The position numbers were made by a program, and so were the translations under genes. A DNA stretch of 64,000 bases from an uncultured Gammaproteobacteria bacterium (GTDB taxonomy: Bacteria; Patescibacteriota; Microgenomatia; CAYQLK01). The stretch lies in assembly GCA_964445355.1 (NCBI GenBank), contig CAYUKQ010000002.1, positions 1,590 to 65,589 on the forward strand, given 5' to 3'. Below the pieces are notes generated by a model that worked only from the letters and a program-made list of their open reading frames with translations, had not been told where the DNA came from and searched no databases. Of the stretch, positions 20,848-29,278 are shown piece after piece. Position 1 is the first letter of the stretch. The number at the start of each line of letters is the position of its first letter.

Positions 20848-21940
20848 TCAGTCGGTTAAAATAGCAATTTTTTGCGGGGGAAGTGGCTCAAGAATGTGGC
20901 CCGCATCTCGTTCTGACAAACCAAAACAGTTCCAGCCATTAATTGGAGGCAAAAGCACGTTTGAAAAATTAGTTGTGATTTTGGAAAAAGAGTTTGGCTC
21001 CGCAAATATTTTCCCTGTTGCCAGAAGAGAATTTGTTGGTCATATTGTTTCTCAGGCGCCTCATATTCCCCTAGAGAACATCATTATCGAGCCTGAAGGG
21101 CGAGACACAATGGCCGCCATTGGATTTGCAGCAATGGTTCTTGATACAAAATTCAATAATCCAACTGTAATTAGTCTTTGGAGTGATCATCTGATAAAAA
21201 ATGAGACAAACTTTCTTAAATCTTTGAGAAAGGCAGCAAAGGTCAGTGCAAATACATCCAAAATTGTCGAGTTGGGTGTTCGTGCAACATTTCCGAGCAC
21301 TCAGTTAGGCTATATAAAAATCGGCAAAATGCTAGAAAAGGAGGATGGTCTTGGCTTGTTCGAGTTTATTGCTCAGATTGAGAAGCCTAACCTTGAAAAG
21401 GCACAGGAATTCTTGGAATCATGGGAATATTTATGGCACCTAGGTTATTCAGTCTGGAATACGAAAACCCTGCTTGGTTATTATGAACAATTTGCTCCGA
21501 CAACTTACAAAACGCTACAAAAAATTTCTCAGCTAATTTTGAGCGGTGATAATTCAAGTAAAAGTATTAAGGATTTATTCTCTACGATCGACAAAACGTC
21601 GATTGATTATGCAATTTACGAAAAGCTAGGGGCTACCGATCGTTTAGTAATCTCTGCTGATCTGGGTTGGAGTGATGTCGGCACATGGGATGTATTAAAA
21701 GATGAGTTAAGCAAAAAACCAGAAGATAATGTCTCAACAAATAATTCAATCACTGTCGAATCAAGTGATACGCTACTATTCTCGACTAATCAGCGAAAAA
21801 TGCTGGTTGCCGTGGGAGTAAAAGGTGTAGTCGTCGTCGACACAGACGACGCTATACTTGTCGTATCCAAAGACAACAGCGGAAAAGTTAAGGACGCTGT
21901 GGTAAAACTTAAAGAAGAAGGGCATGAAGACTATCTTTAA
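20837..21940 (+). CDS. Mannose-1-phosphate guanylyltransferase-like (ManC-type NTP transferase, no PMI domain)
   Basis: 'IAIFCGGSGSRMWPASRSDKPKQF' is the nucleotidyltransferase G-loop of ManC/GMP family enzymes. At 367 aa it lacks the C-terminal cupin/PMI domain. Confidence 0.7.
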   Translation: MGSDQSVKIAIFCGGSGSRMWPASRSDKPKQFQPLIGGKSTFEKLVVILEKEFGSANIFPVARREFVGHIVSQAPHIPLENIIIEPEGRDTMAAIGFAAMVLDTKFNNPTVISLWSDHLIKNETNFLKSLRKAAKVSANTSKIVELGVRATFPSTQLGYIKIGKMLEKEDGLGLFEFIAQIEKPNLEKAQEFLESWEYLWHLGYSVWNTKTLLGYYEQFAPTTYKTLQKISQLILSGDNSSKSIKDLFSTIDKTSIDYAIYEKLGATDRLVISADLGWSDVGTWDVLKDELSKKPEDNVSTNNSITVESSDTLLFSTNQRKMLVAVGVKGVVVVDTDDAILVVSKDNSGKVKDAVVKLKEEGHEDYL

Positions 21941-21943
21941 TAA

Positions 21944-22582
21944 ATGTTATACGATTTTTTAAAACGTACTCTAGACATCATCGGCTCACTGTTCGGTATC
22001 ATAATTTTAGGTTTAATATTTCCATTTATTGCTGTAGCTGTTAAGCAATCAAGCCCTGGCCCAATTTTCGCCGATGTTCCCAAGCGAAGTGGAAAAGATG
22101 GTAAATCTTTCAAGATGTACAAATTCAGATCAATGATAAAAGATGCGCATTTGTTGTTGCAAAGCGATCCTAAGTTCAAAAAATTATACGAAGAATATAA
22201 AAAAAATTCGTACAAGCTCTCACACGATCCTCGGGTTACACCAGTTGGACATTTTATCCGGAAAACCAGTATTGATGAACTACCTCAATTCATTAATGTC
22301 CTAAAGGGTGAAATGAGTCTAGTTGGTCCGAGGGCGTATTATCCCGATGAGTTAATCAATCAACAAAAAGCTTACCCTGAGACAAAGAAATACGTCAAAA
22401 CCTTACTCACAGCCAAACCTGGACTGACTGGTCCATGGCAGGTATCAGGGCGCAGTGATATTTCTTTTGAAAAGCGAGTTAAGCTTGATGCATCCTATGC
22501 AAAAAAAAGATCAATCCTGTATGATTTAAAGATCATTATTCTCACGATTCCTGCCCTATTGTCTCAGAAAGGTGCAGTCTAG
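21944..22582 (+). CDS. Polyprenyl-phosphate sugar-1-phosphate transferase, small PglC/WbaP-C-terminal type (initiating enzyme)
   Basis: One N-terminal TM helix, then 'KMYKFRSM...' and '...IDELPQFINVLKGEMSLVGPRA', the bacterial sugar transferase signature. Confidence 0.8.
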   Translation: MLYDFLKRTLDIIGSLFGIIILGLIFPFIAVAVKQSSPGPIFADVPKRSGKDGKSFKMYKFRSMIKDAHLLLQSDPKFKKLYEEYKKNSYKLSHDPRVTPVGHFIRKTSIDELPQFINVLKGEMSLVGPRAYYPDELINQQKAYPETKKYVKTLLTAKPGLTGPWQVSGRSDISFEKRVKLDASYAKKRSILYDLKIIILTIPALLSQKGAV

Positions 22583-22628
22583 ACGCTTGTGAGTATTAAT
22601 AATATTTCAGTTCAGTAACAGGAGAAAT

Positions 22629-24518
22629 ATGCTCAAATTCAGCACGTCATATCAATCACATAATGGTTTTAGATACCGAGTAAAAAAGAAAACTTTTTCT
22701 TACAAAAAAGTAATTATTTTATTGGGTATTATTTCTGTTTTTTTACTTTATATTGCGATTCCGGGTCTAATAATTGCTTCAAACCTTAAAAATGCAAAAA
22801 ACAATCTTTCGGCCTCTGTTGCCAGTCTTCGTTCCGGGAGCTTGGCTGATACCCAATCCAAATTAATTAACGCGAAAGGTGATTTGAGAAAGGCCCAAGC
22901 GGCCTCAATGGTGTACAAACCACTAACATTTATTCCTTTAATTGGAGCTTACCCATCCGATCTTGAGCATGCTTTATCTGCCGGAGTGGAGGGTGTTGAG
23001 GCCGGGTTAATTATTACCAGTGCTATTGAGCCATACGCTGATCTGCTTGGACTGGGAAGTGGTGATTTTTTGGGTGGTACTGCCCAAGATCGAATGCAAA
23101 AAGCCATCCAAACACTTTCAAAGATCACCCCTGAGCTTGACAAGGTTGCTGGCAAGCTCGCTACAGCAAATAAAGAAATCTCCCAAATTAATGCCAATCG
23201 ATACCCTGATTTTTTGCCAGGAAAGCCAAAAACAAACATCAATTTAGCAAAGTCATATTTAATCCAAGGTGAAAAAATCCTTACCGAGACCAAGCCATTA
23301 TTAGAGGTTTTACCTAGTATTATGGGTGAAGATCGAGCAAAAAAATATATGGTTTTATTTTTGAATGACAAAGAGTTAAGACCCGGCGGAGGATTTATTA
23401 CTGCCTATGCCTACCTCAATATTGATAAAGCAGCAATAAAGGCCGAAGGGTCTGATAATATCTATGATTTGGACGATACAATAACATCAAAGCCGTCTGC
23501 GCCAGCGCCGATCATCAAATATCTTCCATTAGTTGATCAATTTAATCTTCGCGACTCTAATCTTTCTCCCGACTTCCCGACATGGCTTCAAGATTTTGAA
23601 ACACTTTACAAACTTTCACCCGGTGCACAACAGGTTGACGGGTATTTCACTGTAAATACAAGAGCGCTTTCAGAAATATTAAATGTTCTGGGTCCAATAG
23701 AGGTCGAGGGTGTCAAATACACGAATGAAATTGTTCCCGCCTGCGACTGTCCTCAGATTGTATATTCCTTGCTCGAAAGTTCTGGTCAGCCTAGAGGATT
23801 TATTGTCGAAGAGCGTAAGGCATTAATTGGCGTACTTATGAATGCCATTATGGAAAAGAGCTTAAATGCTAATAAGGACACGTTGCCAAGATTAGTTGAA
23901 CTAGGATTTGCTTTGCTTGCGCAAAAAGATGTGATGCTTAATTTTAAAGATGAAAAATCTCAATTAGCGACTGAAAAGCTAGGGTACGCTGGCAAAATTA
24001 AATCAAGTAATCATGATTATTTGTCTGTGGTCGACAGTAATTTCGCCGGTGCAAAAAGCAATTTATACATCCAACAATCAATTACCCAGGATATTAGCAT
24101 CAAAGACAATAAAATAATCAAAAAAGTATCGATTAATCTCAAAAATCCCAGGGCCGCCGATAATTGTTCTTTAGAACGAACAGAAGGATTATGTCTCAAC
24201 GGTGTTTATCGCGACTGGATTAGAATCTTCGTTCCATCCGGTTCACGGCTTATAAGTTCTAATGGGTCCGAAACTGAAATTGTGACATATGACGATTTAG
24301 GTAAGACCGTTTTTGAAGGTTTTTTCACCCTTAGACCGCTTGGAGCATCGCAAATAGATTTTGAATACGAACTTCCATTTAAGGCCGAGAACGATTTAGT
24401 AATTCTTATGCAAAAGCAATCCGGCAAGGGGCCAATTCCGCATCAAATAAACATAAACGGTAAAAAGAGGGAATCGTTTGACCTCAATAGTGATTTAGAG
24501 CTAAAGTTAAAAATATAG
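22629..24518 (+). CDS. DUF4012-like exported protein with N-terminal membrane anchor
   Basis: N-terminal TM helix, 629 aa, and the 'NDKELRPGGGFITAYAYLNI' motif, which resembles the DUF4012 signature. AGGAG Shine-Dalgarno upstream. Confidence 0.55.
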   Translation: MLKFSTSYQSHNGFRYRVKKKTFSYKKVIILLGIISVFLLYIAIPGLIIASNLKNAKNNLSASVASLRSGSLADTQSKLINAKGDLRKAQAASMVYKPLTFIPLIGAYPSDLEHALSAGVEGVEAGLIITSAIEPYADLLGLGSGDFLGGTAQDRMQKAIQTLSKITPELDKVAGKLATANKEISQINANRYPDFLPGKPKTNINLAKSYLIQGEKILTETKPLLEVLPSIMGEDRAKKYMVLFLNDKELRPGGGFITAYAYLNIDKAAIKAEGSDNIYDLDDTITSKPSAPAPIIKYLPLVDQFNLRDSNLSPDFPTWLQDFETLYKLSPGAQQVDGYFTVNTRALSEILNVLGPIEVEGVKYTNEIVPACDCPQIVYSLLESSGQPRGFIVEERKALIGVLMNAIMEKSLNANKDTLPRLVELGFALLAQKDVMLNFKDEKSQLATEKLGYAGKIKSSNHDYLSVVDSNFAGAKSNLYIQQSITQDISIKDNKIIKKVSINLKNPRAADNCSLERTEGLCLNGVYRDWIRIFVPSGSRLISSNGSETEIVTYDDLGKTVFEGFFTLRPLGASQIDFEYELPFKAENDLVILMQKQSGKGPIPHQININGKKRESFDLNSDLELKLKI

Positions 24519-24543
24519 ATTTTATATTTAGCATATAGTATAT

Positions 24544-25200
24544 ATGTCCCGACAGAGATCGTATCGAACCAGGGGAATTATTATTTCTAGAAAGCGTTTT
24601 TCAGAGTCCGACAGAATTGTCACTTTTTTTTCTCCAGACTTAGGTATTCACGAAGCAGTTGCACACGGCATTCGCAAACCAACTTCAAAGAAAACCGGTA
24701 CATTAGAATTGTTTAATTATGTCAATCTACATATCGTCAAAGGAAAGAATCTCGATTTTGTAAGCGAGGCACAAATAATCGATAGCTTTGGTCACGTAAA
24801 AAAAGATTTTAACCTAACTCATCCTGTTTTTTATATGCTGGAAATAGTGGGCAGATTATTTAATCCGGGTCAACCACAAAAAGAAATTTTCGACTTACTT
24901 CAGACTTCGATCAACCTTCTTAATACGAAAAAACTAAATCAAACCCAGATCGATTGTTTGTTGAGTCGCTTTGAAATAAAAGTATTAGAAGAGTCGGGAT
25001 TTTTTAATCTTCACGAGTCAAATTTTTCTAGCCCTCAAATTTTCAGATCAGCACTAACATTATCAAAACAAAGCTTGCCTCACTTATTAAGTTCACAGTT
25101 TAAACCTACAAAATCACTTAAGGATTCACTAAAATCCAGCCTTGAGGAGATTATTGGACGTTCGTTTGTGACCTTGTCATACAGACCGGTTTTAGCTTAA
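24544..25200 (+). CDS. recO: DNA repair protein RecO
   Basis: The N-terminal OB-fold 'RGIIISRKRFSESDRIVTFFSPDLG' matches the RecO N-terminus. 218 aa. Confidence 0.65.
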   Translation: MSRQRSYRTRGIIISRKRFSESDRIVTFFSPDLGIHEAVAHGIRKPTSKKTGTLELFNYVNLHIVKGKNLDFVSEAQIIDSFGHVKKDFNLTHPVFYMLEIVGRLFNPGQPQKEIFDLLQTSINLLNTKKLNQTQIDCLLSRFEIKVLEESGFFNLHESNFSSPQIFRSALTLSKQSLPHLLSSQFKPTKSLKDSLKSSLEEIIGRSFVTLSYRPVLA

Positions 25201-25210
25201 TATTACGCAG

Positions 25211-26038
25211 ATGAATATTTCGTCAACAGTCAAAACAATTTTTTCACATTACCGTGCGTTAAAAATCATACTTCCTATTCTGGTAAGTTTGTTGTTTTTG
25301 TTGGTAGTTTTTAGATTTGTTGGTCTTGGGAATACTGATTCAAGCAAATCTCAAGCGAGCGAAGAGACAGGTGAAATTAGAGATCTGGATTCATCAAACA
25401 GACCTTATATCGGTTTAGTCCCGCGAGCCGACGGACACGCAATTATTCTTACGGTCACTAATCATCAACAATTTTCGTCACTAGATTTTGAAATATTGTA
25501 TCAAGCAGGTAGTTTGCAACAGGGCTCGATTGGTCAGATTGATATCAGTAAGGCTGCTTACAAGACAGAAATCACACTAGGTGCTTGCTCAAAAGGGGTG
25601 TGTCGATACGATGACAACGTCAGAACCGGTAGTATAAAATTGAATGGAAGATTCAAAGGAAAGCAATATGTCGCTCAAGTGCCATTTGTTCTGGAAAAAA
25701 TTACGCCGGAAGCAAGTAATATTGTTGGACCAGAAAATACATTTGATATTTCGATTCAGTCAGGCTCTGTTTCAAGTGAATATTATGTTCTTATTGCTGA
25801 AACACTCGGCTTACCTATTAAGCTTAATAATCATAAAGGGCTTTCGGTTGCAGCATTCTCAATTGCACCTAAGTTAAATCGACCGGCAGTAATCAAGCTA
25901 AAAAATCAGAACATTGAAGGATTGAATGTTAATCGGTTTGATTTTGTCCAAAACTCATGGACAAAGATTGATAGTCAAATTGAAAATGGTAACCAATTTA
26001 GTGTTGATAATTTTGGACTATTCGCCTTTACGCAATAA
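25211..26038 (+). CDS. Hypothetical exported protein (N-terminal TM/signal anchor)
   Basis: ORF packed tightly between recO and the glycyl-tRNA synthetase gene, with a hydrophobic N-terminus and no recognizable motifs. Confidence 0.4.
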   Translation: MNISSTVKTIFSHYRALKIILPILVSLLFLLVVFRFVGLGNTDSSKSQASEETGEIRDLDSSNRPYIGLVPRADGHAIILTVTNHQQFSSLDFEILYQAGSLQQGSIGQIDISKAAYKTEITLGACSKGVCRYDDNVRTGSIKLNGRFKGKQYVAQVPFVLEKITPEASNIVGPENTFDISIQSGSVSSEYYVLIAETLGLPIKLNNHKGLSVAAFSIAPKLNRPAVIKLKNQNIEGLNVNRFDFVQNSWTKIDSQIENGNQFSVDNFGLFAFTQ

Positions 26039-26040
26039 AA

Positions 26041-27417
26041 ATGGAATTAATCGAAAAAGTTGTTGATGTCAGCAAGCGGCGGGGTTTTATTTTCCCATCT
26101 TCCGAAATATATGGCGGTATGGCTAATACCTACGACTTTGGTCCATACGGGGCAGCATTAAAAGAAAATATTCGTCGTTTATGGTGGCGTAAGTTTGTTG
26201 AAAGCAGGGAGGATATCTACGGAATCGACAGCAGTATTATTGTCAATCCAAAGGTATGGGAAGCTAGCGGTCACGTGGCTAATTTTGGAGATGTAATGGT
26301 CGAAGATGTTAAGACTCATAAACGCTATAGGGCAGACCATTTAATTGAAGATCATTTTGAAAAAAAAGGTGAAACTATTAAAGTCGATGGGAAAACAGCC
26401 GAAGAGCTCAATGAAATAATTACCAGTGAAAAAATCAAAAGTCCTGAAGGAAATAATCTAAGCAAAGCCAGAAAATTTAATCTTCTTTTTAGAACCGAGA
26501 TCGGGATTATTGAAGGTGAAGGGGCAACAGCCTATTTACGGGGAGAGATCGCTCAAGGTTTGTTTATTAACTTTAAAAATATTCTTGATTCAATTCACCC
26601 TAAACTTCCGTTCGGTATAGCTCAGACAGGTAAAGCGTTTAGAAACGAAATAACTAAGGGCCAGTTTACTTTTCGGACTTTAGAGTTCGATTTGATGGAA
26701 TTTGAATATTTTTTTGATCCGGAAGACAATGACTGGAATAAGCTATTCGATAACTTCAAAGTTCAAATGGACGAATTTGCCAGAGAAATTGGTCTTGATG
26801 GTGCAAAATTAAGATGGAGATCGCACGAAGAGTTTGAGTTATCACATTATTCCAAGCGTACAGAAGATTTGGAATATGAATTCCCCTGGGGTTTTAAGGA
26901 AATGTTTGGAATCGCTTACAGGACGAACTTCGATTTAAAAAATCACCAAGAACACTCTGGTGTAAGTCAAGAATATACATATCCAGACGGTAAAAAAATT
27001 ATTCCGCATGTCATTGAACCAACATTTGGATTGTCACGTCTTGTCACAATTGTTTTGATGAACGCCTTTAGTGAGGAAGAGGTGGGAGATGAGAAACGTA
27101 TAGTTATGAAATTCAATCCGAAGATTGCTCCAGTCAAAGTAGCTGTTCTTCCTCTGATTAAAAAAGAAGAGCTGATCACCCTAGCAAAAGAGATCCAACA
27201 ACAACTTAAACAACTTGGAGCCATATCCTATGATGAGACTGCCAGTATTGGGAAACGCTATCGAAAACAAGACGAAATTGGCACGCCTTACTGTATTACA
27301 GTTGATTTTGACTCGATAAGCGACAAAAAGGTCACTATTAGGAATAGGGACACTATGGAGCAAGAAAGAATAACTATATCTGAGCTTTTGACCTATCTCA
27401 CTCCGCACTTTAGTTAA
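26041..27417 (+). CDS. glyQS: Glycine--tRNA ligase (alpha2-type GlyRS)
   Basis: 'RRGFIFPSSEIYGGMANTYDFGPYG...WEASGHVANFGD' matches class II dimeric GlyRS. Confidence 0.85.
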   Translation: MELIEKVVDVSKRRGFIFPSSEIYGGMANTYDFGPYGAALKENIRRLWWRKFVESREDIYGIDSSIIVNPKVWEASGHVANFGDVMVEDVKTHKRYRADHLIEDHFEKKGETIKVDGKTAEELNEIITSEKIKSPEGNNLSKARKFNLLFRTEIGIIEGEGATAYLRGEIAQGLFINFKNILDSIHPKLPFGIAQTGKAFRNEITKGQFTFRTLEFDLMEFEYFFDPEDNDWNKLFDNFKVQMDEFAREIGLDGAKLRWRSHEEFELSHYSKRTEDLEYEFPWGFKEMFGIAYRTNFDLKNHQEHSGVSQEYTYPDGKKIIPHVIEPTFGLSRLVTIVLMNAFSEEEVGDEKRIVMKFNPKIAPVKVAVLPLIKKEELITLAKEIQQQLKQLGAISYDETASIGKRYRKQDEIGTPYCITVDFDSISDKKVTIRNRDTMEQERITISELLTYLTPHFS

Positions 27418-27503
27418 ATTTTCTCTTCATACACCATTATTTTTCTACCCCAAGTAATTAAGTAAAACTGAAATATTCAGGGTTTAATGGTGCTTTTTAG
27501 TTG

Positions 27504-27533
27504 TTGACAATAATTCTTTTTATGGTGAATAAT
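27504..27533 (+). promoter_or_regulatory. Putative sigma70-type promoter of the dcw operon (TTGACA-18-AATAAT)
   Basis: TTGACA at 27504-27509 and AATAAT at 27528-27533, about 45 nt upstream of the mraZ ATG. Confidence 0.4.
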
Positions 27534-27580
27534 GGTTGCAGATGGTAATAAATGGTGATTTAGGGCAACTTAGGGCAGAT
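27521..27580 (+). repeat. Array of six 10-bp-phased direct repeats (four ATGGTNN..., two TAGGGCA...) overlapping the -10 region and the mraZ start: candidate MraZ operator
   Basis: The 60 nt read as six phased 10-mers: tATGGTGAAT, aATGGTTGCA, gATGGTAATA, aATGGTGATT, TAGGGCAACT, TAGGGCAGAT. MraZ is known to bind phased direct repeats in its own promoter. Confidence 0.5.
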
Positions 27581-27983
27581 GTTCTTAGGACAATTTGAAC
27601 CACAATTTTCTTCAAATTCTAAGAGGCTTTCTATTCCGGTCAAACTCCGGTCGGGCTTAACGAAGAATAAAGTTATTCTTTCAAAAGGCTTTGATCAGTG
27701 TATCTTCGGGTATTCTACCGAAGGCTGGGAGGCACAAAGTGTCAAGCACCTTGAAAACCCAATCTCTGACCAAACAGGGCGAGATCTGCGTCGATTTATC
27801 TTTTCTGCCTCGGAAGAAGTTGATTTCGATAAACAAGGCAGAATTGTGATCCCAAAAACCTTAATTGATTACGCTGAGATTGATCAGTCTGTAACCGTCA
27901 TTGGTGCAGGTGATCATTTCGAAATTTGGTCAACCAAAAAATGGAACGAAAAAATATATGCCATTGACACTAAAAACCGTTGA
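27579..27983 (+). CDS. mraZ: Transcriptional regulator MraZ
   Basis: 134 aa, first gene of the dcw cluster, with the duplicated MraZ/AbrB-like half-domain pattern. Confidence 0.8.
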   Translation: MFLGQFEPQFSSNSKRLSIPVKLRSGLTKNKVILSKGFDQCIFGYSTEGWEAQSVKHLENPISDQTGRDLRRFIFSASEEVDFDKQGRIVIPKTLIDYAEIDQSVTVIGAGDHFEIWSTKKWNEKIYAIDTKNR

Positions 27984-28836
27984 AAAACACATTCCTGTTC
28001 TGCCGGATGAATCGTTAAATCTACTCGAGATAACGACCGGATCAAAAATAATTGATGCCACATTAGGTGACGCCGGACATGCATCGCTCTTTTTAAGTCA
28101 TGGTGCCAGAGTACTCGGTATTGATGCTGATCCCGAAAATATCAATAAAGCACAAAATCTTTCTCCAAGCCTACAAGTGGTTCATGGAAATTTTTGCAAT
28201 TTATCTGAGATTGCAAAAAGAGAGAAATTTGATTTTGTTGACGGAATTTTTTTTGATCTCGGTTATTCGTCCACGCAACTTCAGGACAGTACTAAAGGTA
28301 TCAGTTTTCTTAACGACGGACCATTGGATATGAGATTGGATCCCACATCGCAAGGTGTGACAGCTGCCGATTTATTAAAAGTATTAACTGAAAAACAATT
28401 ATATGAATTATTTATCGAATTTGGTCAAGAGAAGCGTGCTCGGCTCATTGCTGACGCTATTGTCCGCGCCCGTTTGATCAAACCAATTGAGACGACTGCT
28501 CAACTGCGCGAAATTGTTGAGCACGTTAGCCCCCGGAGGAGTAAAGATAAAATTCATCCGGCGACTAAGGTTTTTCAGTCGTTAAGAATTGCAATTAACA
28601 GCGAATTGGAAAATCTTGAATCTGCACTTTTACAGTCTGTTGAACTTCTAAAACCCGGAGGTGTTTTGGTAGTTATTTCATTTCACTCATTAGAAGATAA
28701 AATTGTCAAAAATTTTATCCGAAATAATTATTTACTCGTTAATATTACTGATAAGCCTATAGTTCCGAGTATAAACGAAGTTCAGTTAAACAGACGTGCT
28801 CGAAGTGCCAAACTTCGAGCAGCACGGAAAATTTAA
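27958..28836 (+). CDS. rsmH: 16S rRNA (cytosine1402-N4)-methyltransferase RsmH
   Basis: 'DATLGDAGHA' SAM site and 'FDLGYSSTQLQD...GISFLNDGPLDMRLD' RsmH signature. The start was chosen at ATG 27958 (MPLTLK). Confidence 0.85.
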   Translation: MPLTLKTVEKHIPVLPDESLNLLEITTGSKIIDATLGDAGHASLFLSHGARVLGIDADPENINKAQNLSPSLQVVHGNFCNLSEIAKREKFDFVDGIFFDLGYSSTQLQDSTKGISFLNDGPLDMRLDPTSQGVTAADLLKVLTEKQLYELFIEFGQEKRARLIADAIVRARLIKPIETTAQLREIVEHVSPRRSKDKIHPATKVFQSLRIAINSELENLESALLQSVELLKPGGVLVVISFHSLEDKIVKNFIRNNYLLVNITDKPIVPSINEVQLNRRARSAKLRAARKI

Positions 28837-28887
28837 AAAACTGGGCAGCAGTTTTTTGTTACAAGTACAAAAAACAAACTGCTCAAA

Positions 28888-29235
28888 ATGAATGCCGCAA
28901 CAATTCAGTCAAATATATTAATCAGTAGACAGTCTCCAGCTGCGAGAACACTGCCGCACAGTACAAAAATTATTGCGATTGTTTTTACTTTGGTATCCAT
29001 TCTGATTATTGCTAACCTTTTTATTGCTAATTCTTTGGCAACAAAAGGAAAATTAGTTAGTGATCTCAAAATTAAAAGTGAATCCCTAAAAAAAGAAAAT
29101 ATTAGTCTAAAAAGTGAAATTGCCCAGCTTGGATCACTTTCAACGATTGAACAAAAAGCCCGAGTTTTGGGGTTCGAAAAAAATATTACTAACAAAATTT
29201 ATATTAAAGATCCGTCTTTTGCGTATAATCGCTGA
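28888..29235 (+). CDS. ftsL: Cell division protein FtsL-like
   Basis: Small bitopic protein with a TM helix followed by a coiled coil, in the position between rsmH and the PBP gene. Confidence 0.5.
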   Translation: MNAATIQSNILISRQSPAARTLPHSTKIIAIVFTLVSILIIANLFIANSLATKGKLVSDLKIKSESLKKENISLKSEIAQLGSLSTIEQKARVLGFEKNITNKIYIKDPSFAYNR

Positions 29236-29278
29236 ATACTTTTTATAATAACACAATCTATTACTCATAATATTAACT

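Noticed and set aside
28837-28860. Hairpin AAAACTG-ggcag-CAGTTTT plus Ts between rsmH and ftsL
   Set aside because: The stem is almost entirely A-T and very weak. It is unlikely to work as a terminator and could at most be a minor attenuator.
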